A stretch of 48,593 nucleotides of DNA, counting the filler, from Sphacelaria rigidula (taxonomy: Eukaryota), in assembly GCA_964200075.2 (NCBI GenBank). It is 3 parts of 3 records of this genome, joined end to end, with 100 filler letters (N's around TTAATTAATTAA, not from the genome) between each part and the next. Parts side by side here need not be neighbours in the genome. Positions count along the whole stretch, not along the records: positions 32,463 to 48,593 come from CAXNAA020001473.1; 2 more parts are not named here. The stretch is one strand, 5' to 3'. The position numbers and the translations under genes were made by a program. The notes under the pieces were generated by a model. That model did not search any database. It had not been told where the DNA came from and worked only from the letters and a program-made list of their open reading frames with translations. Position 1 is the stretch's first letter, and every line of letters starts with the position of its first letter. Below, piece after piece: positions 36,506-48,479 of this stretch.

Positions 36506-38233
36506 CTCCAGCTTGTGGCAGAAAGTCTGTGAAGCACCCGTCATGATCTTTTCGGTCGTGTCTGCCGGACCCCGAACCAGCAATCCTCCCGGCGTAGTGT
36601 CTGTGGGCAGCGCTGATGGGAGCAGCGTCGGCCCCACGTACACCTCGCCGCTGATATCATACTGCCGGCAAAGGTGACGCATGAACACAGGCGAGGTCGG
36701 GGTCATTGGTGTGAGATTCATCTGGCACATCAGATATAAGTCGCGAGTAATCAAATCCGACCTGGTGCCTGCGCATCGGCCAAAGACGCGGAGTAAGGAT
36801 CGCGATACCTCGAGCAAGCATTCGGTTTTTCGGGGGCTTGCCTTCAACATCCCCGACATGAAAGCCTTCTGAAATGCCCTCTCCATACGGCCCCCAACCT
36901 CGGTCGTGAGACCGCGGTTGTGGAGGAAGAGCTCCGTGGGACGGCCAAGCTCGAGAGCGACTTCCAGTAGCTGCGTGCTCTCCATCCCGATCCCCATCAC
37001 GGCATCTCCTGCCAGGGGGAACCTGTCCGATGACAGTACGATGATCCCGACGTCATGAAAGATTCACCACAACTTATCACTGTGGGGAGCATTCTGAGTT
37101 TGATGATTCCTGCTCGAAGCTTTTGCTGAGACTTGTCCCAACATGTGTTACCACGTGCATGCATTCCTCGGATCTCTCGGGTATTTCGGACTCCCCTCTG
37201 TCTGACAAAAGCACGACATCCAGAAGTAACACACATATATATGCGGGTGTTGTTGGCCACAACGCCTACAATGACGTCGATTCATCTCATGTCTTTCACA
37301 GCGTGGCATGTTCCAGCGCCACCCGCCCACCGGAAGTGAAATTTCCACTAGGATCGTCGAAAGGGCATACGGTGTCACATGGGAAGGAGGATACGGGGTC
37401 AGAGAATATGTAATCACCTGTTGATGAACGTAGTCAGAACCCGCGGCGGGAAGGAATTCACAGGCCCCCCAACAGACCCGCCCTGCTTGTACGCAAGCTT
37501 GTCTTCTGCCCCCCCGCCCATCTTTTGCCAGCATTCCGGCACTTTGCCATTGCTCTTCGTGCCGTAGGGATCGGCGAAGGTCATCCTTGGGTTTACCGTG
37601 AATGTTTTGTTCTCCTCGCTCGGGTGCTTGTGTGCCATCATAATGCCCTCCGTGTGAGGGTAAAAATGATACTTCTTGTGTTTCTTTCGGGAGCCTCCGT
37701 GGCGGTTGGAGTACTCTACTAGCACGTAGTCGTCTTCGACCACCATGGAAGGGTCGGCTTCGATCGCGCCTGCGTAGGGGTGCGCACCGCGGTGGATCGC
37801 AGCGACGGTGGATGTTCAGGGGGTGCGAGGGGAATATCTACATCATCACAGGACGCCGTATCAGAGCAATGAATCATGTAGGATTGCGCCGATGCAATGT
37901 GACGGACTAAACGAAGCAAGCAATTTACCCTATCCGCGCTCGTGTGGCGGATCCCAACTCAGACGTGTCTACCCTGTTATCAGCAACATCGATGCCGTGG
38001 TTTTGCCCGCCACGAACCGCGCAGACCGTGATACCTTGGATACGATGTCCGTGTCGATTCCAGGGCCGCGGGACTGCAAAGGCGATAGTGCCCATCGGGT
38101 GCAAGACTTCCAGCGCTTTTTCAACGAACCGCCTGAAGTATCCCTTGTTGTCATCGTTTGTCGTGCTCAGCATTGTTTTCTCGACATGGATGTAGACTAT
38201 GATGAGCTTCGGCGGTCTCTTCACAGGGAGTGG
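36506..38233 (-). CDS. Degenerate N6/N4 (beta-class) DNA methyltransferase-like domain, three exons
   Basis: Open spliced frame: KLIIVYIH..YFRRFVEKALEVLHPMGTIAF..FYPHTEGIMMAHK..SFPPRVLTTFINRFPLAGDAVMGIGMESTQLLEVALELGRP follows the N6_N4_Mtase motif order; DPPY and FxGxG not conserved. Confidence 0.65.
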
Positions 38234-41200
38234 CTGTTGTTGGTCAACAAGAGTGCAGTGGCGGCGGAGTAGATTATCCTCGTGTATGCTCGTGTGATGA
38301 GCCCTGTGCAATATCACGTCGTAAGCACGCAATAGCATCGTCAGGTTCCCTTCGTCGCGCGCTGGTCGTCCGCATGTCGCGGGGTGTAGTGTGTGTTCTC
38401 CGATATAGCCCCCTCCCGAGAAAGTGGTTGGTTTGGGGGGGCAACAACCAACACGTAAAATCGATATGAAAAATACCCTCATATTGAGCAGTTTGGAATA
38501 TTAACGCTTCTGTTTGTTTTCGCCCATATCGAGTAAACAAGGCCCTCCATGCACTCTAAAATCGATCATTACGCGGTGGATAGCCATTGTTTTGGTGGCG
38601 GTTTTGGGCTGGCGTTGGGGTTGGGGCTAATCCGGTGTAATTGTTCGGCGTGTGTTCCACTACGGTGGCTAGGCTGGCGGCTGTGCCGCCAGGTTTTCAT
38701 AGTCGAGCAGTGCGCGAGGTTGATCGAACTCGTCAACGGCTACCAGGATCATACTCACCGCCTTCCCCATCATGTATCACTGGAGATGGTATACATGGAT
38801 ATTTTCGAATTCTGCCGTACCAATGGCGGTCAAAATTACCGCGCACCGTCGTCCTCAAGGGCCGAAATTTAGGGAAGGCACCTACGAACAGCTGCGCTTG
38901 ACAGTCCAAGTGTTGCATGTCGACCGACTTATGCATGCTGTCACAACCATCGTCGAAAGAAACAATCGAAAGGCGAGCTTCAGTCGATGACACCGTCTCC
39001 ACAACGGCATCCTATCCTCGCACCTTCTGCTTTACACGGTGGGACCGGCAGGGGGGAGCAATTGCCCTGCTTGTGACGATTTCTTCCCTTTTTTCTTAGG
39101 ATTCCCTCCGCCTCTGACCCCGTCAGTTTTGTCCCTTTTCCTCTTCTGGCGCCCCGGCTCGTTCTCGCAGACCAGGCGAAGACATCGCTTCCTCTCGGCA
39201 AGAGACGCGTCCTCGGAGATAGGCACAAGCAGCTCACAGAAGGTCTGGTGCTTCATCCCGCAATATACGCAATGGTATCTGCAATTGCGAGGACGGCATG
39301 ACAGTGTCGAGCGGTTGGCGGTGTTCCAGGCAAGGTGATTGCTGTTTCAATCATTACACGAAGCGTTATTGCGGACGGTAGCATTGTGCTCCGCGAAGTC
39401 AACTGGTGTGCTCGGCATCGTCGGAACGGCTTGCATTTTGATTCATGCTATCCCTTCTCACCTGACGTCTGATGATGGGTTGCACGATGGGCACGATTCG
39501 TCTTTGCGGCTGCCCTCAGCCGGTCGTTGACAATCGCTATCATTCTCCCTAGATTCACCTGCATCCTCGTCGTCGCTTTTCTCGCCGCCCGCATTCGCCA
39601 ACTTCAAACGAGCGATGGTGTTGTTGGCCTCGTCTCACCTCTTCCTCCAGGTGTCGTTGTACCGCCTCAGGGCCCCTCTGTGTGCTTTCTGCGAAAACGG
39701 GCGGTGGTTGAAAATGTAGGTGGGCAACCTCGTGGAAATGTTTCAATTGTCTCCCGATCACGTTGCTTGATCAGACATTCACCCTTGTTGTGCCCATGAC
39801 TGCGCGATGACTGGCATGCGCCAATTTCGCGCGTCACAAGCCCGTTCTGCGCGATTAGGATATATTCATCACAGCAGCATGTCCGATCCACCTTACATTT
39901 GTATGGTCTTGGTGACCTATCGCCCGAATTACTCACTATCCAACATCCAACTCTTGACTTTTGTGCGTCGATAACGTACCGGGTCCAGCCGCCGATGGAG
40001 TTTGCCCAAATAGACATCTTCGAACTCCTTCATGGCTGCCCCGTTCCGTTCTTCCTCGGGCAAGCTTGCCCGTGTCTCTTCTATGCTGTTGTCTACTGAT
40101 GTGATGAAGTCCGTGACGTGCAGCTTGAATTTCTCCAGCCCGTATGTGCCGCGTGTCAACTCGCGAGAAGCCCTAGTTGCAATGATGTTCGCGGAGCGCA
40201 AAATACATCCCGTGAGCGTAACTACGCTTTTGCTCTTCATGCTAGTAAAGTCATTTTTTGATGCTAGTAATTTCACTAAAGGTTCAGGTCGTGGAGTACA
40301 ATTTATGCTCGAATTTTCACAAAACATGTTCTCGATTTATGCTCGCAAGATGGGATTTATGCTCAATTATGCTCGCAATATCCAACAAGCGCGCCATTTT
40401 CGACCGGATGTAGACCCACCGATCACTACATGCACATTACACACAGTGAATATATGTTTAGATATGTGAAGTGAAACAAAGAAACGAAAGTCAGACCGGC
40501 AGTTTGAATGACTGGTTCCTCAATATTCACGTATTTCAGACCCCGGTTTGAAAATTATTATCGAGTACGCTACTTGCTGAAACGCTGCGCTATTTATACC
40601 ACCTGCTGAAACGCTACGCTTTTTATGCAAGGTGGAATGATGCCAGAAAGTGTGCTAGCATAAGGGGTGCAAGCCTAAGTGTGACACAAACATGTGCTGC
40701 ACACGCAATCCTTACTTTCGAAATTCTGTAGCCTACGACAACCGTTGTGGTCCACCGCAGTCGACGCGCGTGTTACAAATAATGCAAACTTACTTTTCGA
40801 AGACGTCGGTCCACGCCTCACGAGGGATCTGCCTCTCTGAACGTTCCAGGAGGGTTGCGGTTGTTTGTGCATCAGTGGAGATACGTCCCTAGTCACTTGC
40901 TTTAGGATTCGTCTTGTTCGCCGTTTGGAACCTGCAAGCAACGCGAATATATAATGTGTGCTGTGAAGAGTACATAAGACTTTTCACCCGTTAGATGCTG
41001 CATGACGGGACCAAGGGAAACCGCGTGTGGCGGAACTGATGTCCCGCCCAACGGCAATTCTGTCTGGTGCTCTCGTTTTCGGAGGCCTTTCCACGGGATC
41101 TTGAATGTACAAGAGTCCGATGTTGATGAGAAACATTTTCGTCTGAAAACGGTCATCATCGCCGATGTGCAATAAGTGATGTCATGATCCATGTTGAGCG

Positions 41201-42250
41201 GTGTGTGGTTAGAGGGAGGCCGCTCCAGCGCGTTCCTCAGCGATGCACGGTCGGCGTCTGTATTTTTGTGGGCGTCGGGTTCGGGTGCGTTACACTACGC
41301 ATCGTACGTCGAAATCCTCAGTGATTCACCCTGACGCAAGATGTGATAAAGTAAGGGTCATGGGATTATCTGGCCGCATTAGACAGGTGGTGTGTACCTG
41401 ACGAGCATGTTGATCGCGGTGGCTTGGGTCTGGGGTTTATCATGTAGGTTTGCGTACTGCTTGCTTTTGAGAAAAGCCAGGGATATGGCTCCCGAGTCAA
41501 CGCCTCGGTTGTCGCATTGAAACGCCCAAGCGATGGCCTTCATCGCTTCTGGCGATGTCGACACAACCGCTATTTTCCAATGCCGCAGCGTCATGGACGG
41601 GACCCGCACGTGCAGCTGTCGGTTTCAAGAGGGGGCGGGGGTACCGGCACGCATTGGGGGACGAAGGAAACTTGTGTTACTGTCGAGCATTTCCGTTTTT
41701 GCTCGGGCCATCGTCACGCGATTCAAGTTAACCCGCGCGCGCTGACAGAGCGCAGTGGACGAACAATACGGAGTTCAGGCGGGCAGAATAACCGGGCGTA
41801 ATCCAACACCATCAACCGTTCTCTAGTATCTTCATCGGACTTATTCGGAAACCGTGGGTGTAAGCAGTGAGCGTGAGAGATGATCGGACGAAGGAAGTGA
41901 TCCACTGACTCCAGATCCGAATCAAGCAACCTCAATCAAAGCCACACACGAAAAGAGCAACTTCGACTGCAATACGCGAAGTTGACGACAACCATACTAG
42001 CGACGACAGCATTTATGGTCACACCGCGGCCGCGAGGGTGTTTATTTGATTGGGGGTGCTTATTTTTAACCCGGGTTGTGCGTTTGTAGAGCGGCAATAG
42101 GAAGTGGCTTCAAATTTCCCGGAAAAGCCGCAAGGCACGTGGGGGGGGGGGGGGGGGCCCGGCCAGGGAAAGATGCGTTAGGTAGGTTCGAGGGAAANNN
42201 NNNNNNNGGGTGGGGAGGCGCGAGGTGGGGGTGGGTGCTAGTCGCACGGA

Positions 42251-42282
<32 letters not shown>

Positions 42283-43024
42283 GTTCCTGCCATGGACAGA
42301 TGCTGTATGTACGTTACAGGGTAAACAGTACTGCATTACTTCGTTGTGTTCTCAAATCTTGTAGCAATGTTCAGTCTTGGCGAAAAAGCAAGGGATCGTG
42401 TAGTCACTTCCCTTGCCAAAAAAGTGCTGTAATAAAAGTGCGCATGGACTGCCTGCAGATACCTTTTTTCTCACTCCGATGTGGTGTTCATCTCCAAACC
42501 TTATCGTCGGACCCCCGGGCACGTACGTGCGAGTCGCAAAAGTCGGGAAGTCCCAGCGGATCGAGGCGATGCCGAGTGCCAACGAGGTGTGGTGGCGACA
42601 CAAACGTCTCCGCGAGCCGCGACCGTGTGGAAGTCGCCAGAGTGGGAGAAAATATCCTAAGAAAGTGTTGGCGACAGCAACTACCCTGGGGCCGCTTGTC
42701 GTGCGTTGCCGCAATGGGGTGCGGATTGTATGGGCTAGTCACCCCCGCTCACATGTGGATACAAACATATACACGCCCCCGAGCCCTGGCAATAAGTGAA
42801 GTGACAACCAAAAGAGCAGGCGTATGTACTCTTCCTGCAGCCGACTGCCGCGTCGGACCGTAGTGTAGGGCGTAGCATCATGGTCTGTGTCATACAGTGC
42901 ACGCCACACTCTAGTGGAGTCAGCAATGCGGTACAGCAGCGGTGTCGGTCCCGTGAAACGGTATACTCCGATCTACTCGAGCACGCCACTCAGGCCGCTT
43001 CTTATAACAAACTGAAATCAAAAC

Positions 43025-43440
43025 CTGGAAAGCTGCTTTTTTGGAGCTCTGGCATAGTTTTACGCCTCAACAGAGAGCTAGGCGGAATTCGACACCTTGT
43101 AATGATTCGCTCTACTCATTGAGGTGGGTCCAGGACATTTCCCCCGTTCTCCGTGGCCGCAGTTTTTATTTTGATCAGAGAAGAACTTTTGTCCAGGAAG
43201 GGTCAGGTCCAGAAAAATATGGCGAATATATGGCGAATTTCTCTGTATTTGACCGTATTCGACTCTTCTTGAACTAGAGTTCTTGGTTGGCGAAAACTAA
43301 AACTGCGGCCACCGGAGAACGAGGAAATGTCCTGGAACCCCCCCAACGAGTAGAGCAAATCATTCCAACCTGCCGGTGTCCGCCTAGCTCTCGCTTGTGG
43401 CTTACGACGACGTGAAAGCTCCAGAAGAGCACTTTTTCAG
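43025..43440. mobile_element. Foldback/MITE-like element with long imperfect inverted arms in intron
   Basis: GAGAGCTAGGCGGA..GCTCTACTC..CCAGGACATTTCC..GTGGCCGCAGTTTT mirrored at 43299-43392. Confidence 0.75.
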
Positions 43441-44206
43441 ATTCCCACTCACCTTCATAAACTTCTCTGCAATCGCTTCCGCTCCGACGTCATTTTTTTT
43501 CGAGCGACCTTGTACGGAGCCGAGGATCCCCATGAACATATAAAGTTTATCGTATTTGTTCCGTTCTGACAGCGTCTCTCCCACCTCGTTCAAGGCTGCG
43601 CCGTTGTGCCGACATGGATACGTGGAGAGGGAACGTTTTGACGAGGTTGATTATGGATAATGACTCGTGAAGTCGGTGTTTTGTGGGCTCCAAATTTAAG
43701 AACTGAGGAAAAACTTCATTTTTTGAATTGTAAATAATCAACAAAGCTTCGAATGCCCAACTTATCGTCTTGCCCTCATACTAGAAGGCGCGCCTCGTGA
43801 GGGGATACTACTACAACGCCACAACAAAGACGGGAATAAGGCGCATAAAGCACGCCTGATTTAAAAAAGCTGGAAACGGGTCTTACAAACAAAAAATAGT
43901 TTATAAAAATAAATGGAGCTTGATTTCAACACAAACACGCACATACGCCAAATAACACCTGTTTACAGGATCATTCAAACTCCATCCAACTCATTCTCAG
44001 CTACGACCGCAACCCTGCAGCATAGAGCACGAGTTGAGCACAAGGATGGATACCCGTAGGAGTTGGGTGTGCTTTGTTTATTTTTTCTTGGCGAAAACTT
44101 GGGCACATTCTCTCATGGCGCAGGCATTAGGGACGAAACTGCGTGGTACGGTGGGCACTCGAGTTGCGTGCACGCTATTGGACGAAGCAAGCAGTCCAAA
44201 GCTGCA

Positions 44207-44515
44207 AGGGTAGGTCGAGTAGAGTATACACAATTGCGGGGTATTTTGCAAGACTAACTTAAGGTACTCAAAATTTTGTAGATTATTCGGAGTCGTACCC
44301 ACAAAATAACTGGAGCGCGATCCTTGCGGACTGGGGCCCGAAAAACCAATCCACGGGAGAAAATCGCCTGTAGACGGGCTGAAATCCTCCTATTTGTAAA
44401 AATCAGGGTTTGTTGCCGTAAAAGTCGGTCTAAAACCCTACCCTCAATCCGTGTACTGTGAGTACGACTTTCAAAATACCCCGCAATCGAGTGTACTCTA
44501 CTCGACCTGAACTTG
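44207..44515. mobile_element. MULE-like MITE in intron
   Basis: IR AGGTCGAGTAGAGTA..TTGCGGGGTATTTTG; 10-bp direct repeat CAAAGCTGCA at 44197-44206 and 44516-44525. Confidence 0.7.
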
Positions 44516-44742
44516 CAAAGCTGCACTGTCTTTTTGGGATCGAAAGCTTGAAAATCCATACGCACCCAACTTCATCAAAACGAGAAATTTTTGCTTGGAT
44601 CGATCCTACCGCCCCAGCGCCGGGAGGTGCGGAGTAGTTTTGGGGAGGGGCTGACCCTGTGCAGACTACTGCGAAATCAGAACAAACACCTGCCGAGCAC
44701 CAAACCACAAGGTGCGATTTCAGGTGTGAAAGTGCGACTCAC

Positions 44743-45160
44743 CGTCTCCGATAATGCGCATTTCGCTGGTCGATATATCCCTGTACACATTGCATGGAAT
44801 ACGCTTCTCCAGCCCGAAGATGCGCTGTCTTGCTTTGACTCGGTGGTTGCCGTCAAGAACACGAAAATAAGCGCCTGCCATGGCCTCAGCAGTGGCCAAA
44901 TTACCTGCCTCGCTGCTAAGTACGACGGCTGGTGGGTTGTGAGTAAGCCACCCATTCATCTTTATAGACCTCATGACGTCTTGTAGTCCTCGCGGATTCA
45001 GTTCCCTCGACAGCGACGTTAGAGTCAGCTGGCTTAGAGGGATGTCGAAACGTCCAACGTGCCGTTTGTGCAACCAAGCCTCCAGCTTACTGCTTGCCCC
45101 TGCCGTATCGAGGGGGGAGGGTGGAACGCCTTCATCGGCGACCCTGAGAGCCGCGGCCAT
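44743..45160 (-). CDS. ParB/Sulfiredoxin-like domain exon
   Basis: SRELNPRGLQDVMRSIKMNGW...PAVVL...YFRVLDGNHRVKA...IPCNVY matches the ParB/Srx signature; ends at G|GTGAGT donor. Confidence 0.85.
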
Positions 45161-48088
45161 TCCGCTGTACTACAGGTCGAGTATCAGGATCGCGCTAGCT
45201 GTGACTTACTGCCCGGATGGAATGGGTGTGATGTGAAATGGTCTGGACGGTGTGCGGGGGCGGGCGCGTTGGGTGATGCCCCGGCGTTTATTTTCACGTT
45301 GTGCGCAGGCATAAGCACGTACGGTGCACATCCCGGGACATCTTCAACCTTACCCCTCAGGGGCGACGTGCGGACATGTCACCGCACAAGCGGGTGCTTC
45401 CAAGTTCACATGCCCGTTGTTTTGAAAATCAGAAGGTTGCAGGGCTCATACGTTGCGTGATGTTGACACGACAAGACGGATAAGACAAGGTGTCGTGACT
45501 TCATCGTGCGTACTGTTGCGTTCGGTCCCCGTCATGAGGAATGCTGCAGAGGAATTTCGGTTATGCAATTCGCCTGAATACCATCCGTATATACGGCATG
45601 TAGTTGCAAAAACTTTTGCCCCGCAGAATTTTGACCGCAGAAGCACAGATTTGAACTCGAAATTTCATTTTCGATCTGTAATGAGTTTTCTGGCGGTTAT
45701 ATGCCCCTACGAGTGTACAGATGACCAAGGGGGTTTCGATCGAAGCTGTACATATGCCTGTATGCCTGTGAACAGTGCTTCACAATGCCACCTAAAAAAT
45801 TGTGGTCATCACGGAGTACCGGTTCGCGGAGATGCGCTTGTCCACTCGACACCTACGTCCACCCCCATGAACTCAGTGTCCCCTGAGCCACTCTTTCCTG
45901 TATCCGCTCCATAAACAGCAGTCTTCACCACCCACCATGCCCTTGACCGAGGCTGGCCGCCTTTTGTTCTCGCGCGTTTTGCAGAACACTCCACCCCTTG
46001 AGGCGGTCAACAACGTTTCCAACATAAAAACCGAAGCTGCCACCGCCCCATGTACAACCCCTCTACCTGGCCCCAAGTGCATAAAGCCGCGAACCGACCT
46101 CTGCACGATGATGGCTACGTCTTTCCGCTGCTGCACGACATTGGACTGTGTCGGGAAATTGGTCAAAGGGACGCATGATGCGCAGCGGCTGGAGCTGGAA
46201 CAGCAGGACTGCGCTAGGTTGATCACGTCTTCAGCGAGATTTGCCTGAGTTCAACGGCAAGTGCCATACGAGAAGCTCGGGCCGCGCAAGGGCTCTATGA
46301 TTGCTGCGGGGAAGTACGTTTGTAATCGTTATTTCTCGCAGGCGTATCGGGTGTCGAGTAATCTACTGGAGAACGCCAAGCACAACCCAAAGGCACGCCG
46401 GAGACGGGGTATCTCGTGAGTACTGCTATGTGGCATGCGATCGAGCACGTGTTTAGATAGGCAACGCCCTGAAGTGTGTCCCGCCCAGTATGTCTCCGAG
46501 CCGTCATATATTTTCGCGGCTAGCCGTGTATATTCAAACCTGTGCCGGAGGTAAGGTGCATTTCGGGCATGCCACCTTCGTGTACGTTGCTGGCGACTCC
46601 CCCCTCGATGACTCATTTCGCATATTTGTTTCGCTGACATCCCTCATAATTCGGGCCCCCTTTTCACACGTGCTCTGTCGCTCCAATGTTGTGTCAGTGG
46701 GTGGGGCTTATGGGCCCCGCTTGTCTTCGTCTTGCGTGGAAGCACAGTGTCCTCGCCTGCTCCCAAATGCACACCTCAGGCCGACCGCGGAAAGTGTGAC
46801 TGTACATGTAGCGACTGACCCCTCGGCTGCAACTTGAACTTGAAGTAGCGTATTGAGTATGTCAACGGAGATAGGCATTAGCTCCATGAACCGGTTTTTA
46901 CAAAAAAACTAAGCTAATTTTTAGATTTTAATAAACACTCCCCCCTTGTTTTATGCCTCACTTTAGGCTTTTTTCAGCGAAAATATGCCCCTTCGCGTCC
47001 TTGTTGTGGCGTTCTGGCAGTATCCGCTCACGAACCGCGCCTTCTAGCATGAGGGGACAATTTGGGTATTCGAAGTTTGAAAACATGTTCTTGCTTGAAA
47101 AATAGGACTTTCCTCTGATCATTGAGTTTGAACGCCACCCCAAACCACCTATCGAAACAACGTGTCCGTACAAAGGGTATGATATATATATACCATATGG
47201 TATATATGTCATACCCTTTGTGTCCGCACTACGTACACTCATGATATACATGATGCAGCAGTGGATCATTGCAGCCTCTGGATACAGGGTATTGCAGCCT
47301 TTGGCCTCTCGCCATATAGCTTCAAGCTACAAGCTATAGCCCCCCCCCCCCCCCCCATCATCTACCACCAGTCGACATGTGAAATCACATTGTCACGAGA
47401 CTGTCTCCTGCTGCTTTCACTGCTTACCCCCCCCAGAACGCCGTAGGTTGTACGCTATACGCTGTACGCTGTATAATGTACAATGAACCCCATGGTACAA
47501 CTTTTGTACAAAATATACATTACATTTTTCCATTCAACCTAGTATCGAATATATATACAACATAACACAAACAGAAACGTCTTCCGGATCAGGCCCGCAA
47601 CCATGGCAGTTTGGAGTACTGCAGTACTATATTGAATATTGAAGTCAGTCCGGTGACGAGTGATGCCATGGGTCGTAGGGAGCACTTTCGAGCAGCTGAT
47701 ACACTGAATGCAGGAGGCGCGTAAAAAAATATATCGCAATTTTATGCGCGTTTCGAGCACATAATAAGCTATTCGAGCATTTTAAGCTCTCTTTGAGTTT
47801 TTCGATAAAAAAGCTTAGTTAAGCCCGATAACCCCAAATTAAGCTAAACCTCAAGCGCGCTTACGGAGCTAATGCCTAAACGGAGAGCGTTTAAAGTATC
47901 GCTGGAATCATGATATCATGTGGCTTTGAAATTCAAAACGGGAGCCCGCCGGATGTTGCCGTCGCTGGCACAACTTCGATCCCCCCCGAGAGACGAGGTG
48001 GTTACATACGATGGTGCGTGGGGTTGTTGATGGGTTCACCCCCTCTCGGTGGCGACACGAAGCTATCCCCTCTGGCCCCAGCTTCTAA

Positions 48089-48479
48089 ACTATATTCGTG
48101 AGATTCGGAGTGTAGTTTCAGATACAGAGTCAGGATTTCAGACGGAAGAACTGTTTTCTTTGTGGTCGATTCTTATGCGAAACAGTTCGCGTCACTAATC
48201 CACCAACATTGGAGGCTGTGAAAACACGCACGTTCATTACTCGGATTGGTTGATTGGTGACGCGAACTGTTTTCTTCGTGGCCGACTCTTATGCAAAACA
48301 GTTCGCGTCACTAATCAACCAATCCGAGTAATGAACGTGCGTGTTTTCACAGCCTCCAATACTGGTGGATTAGTGACGCGACCTGTTTCGCATAAGAATC
48401 GACCACAAAGAAAACCGTTCTTCCGTTTGAAATCCTGACTCTGTATCTGAAACTACGCTCTGAATCTCACGAATACAGT
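48089..48479. repeat. Near-perfect long inverted repeat (~185-bp arms, ~20-nt loop)
   Basis: 48089-48272 is the reverse complement of 48295-48479 with few mismatches. Confidence 0.92.

Larger units (their letters stand above)
36476..45160 (-). pseudogene. Spliced ParB/Srx - HTH - PHD-like - beta-class DNA methyltransferase-like multidomain gene (partly decayed)
   Basis: Proposed exons (minus): 45160-44743, 43595-43453, 41615-41398, 40172-39937, ~39750-39462, 39278-~38760, 38233-38035, 37769-37418, 37022-36506/36476. Junction phases match; middle exons carry in-frame stops and frameshifts. Confidence 0.65.

Noticed and set aside
37808-38272. 154-aa plus-strand ORF
   Set aside because: Antisense to the methylase-like exon, which has supported splice sites
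38549-38872. Plus-strand peptide ending NGGQNYRAP, reminiscent of a mariner transposase C-terminus
   Set aside because: No DDD/E core or TIRs; overlaps the minus-strand gene model
40902-41330. Extra exon of the ParB gene
   Set aside because: The frame required by the upstream phase-2 donor contains several stops; skipping to 40172 keeps the frame
45873-46250. Upstream exon(s) of the ParB gene
   Set aside because: Plausible splice sites but no recognisable motif and no verifiable phase link
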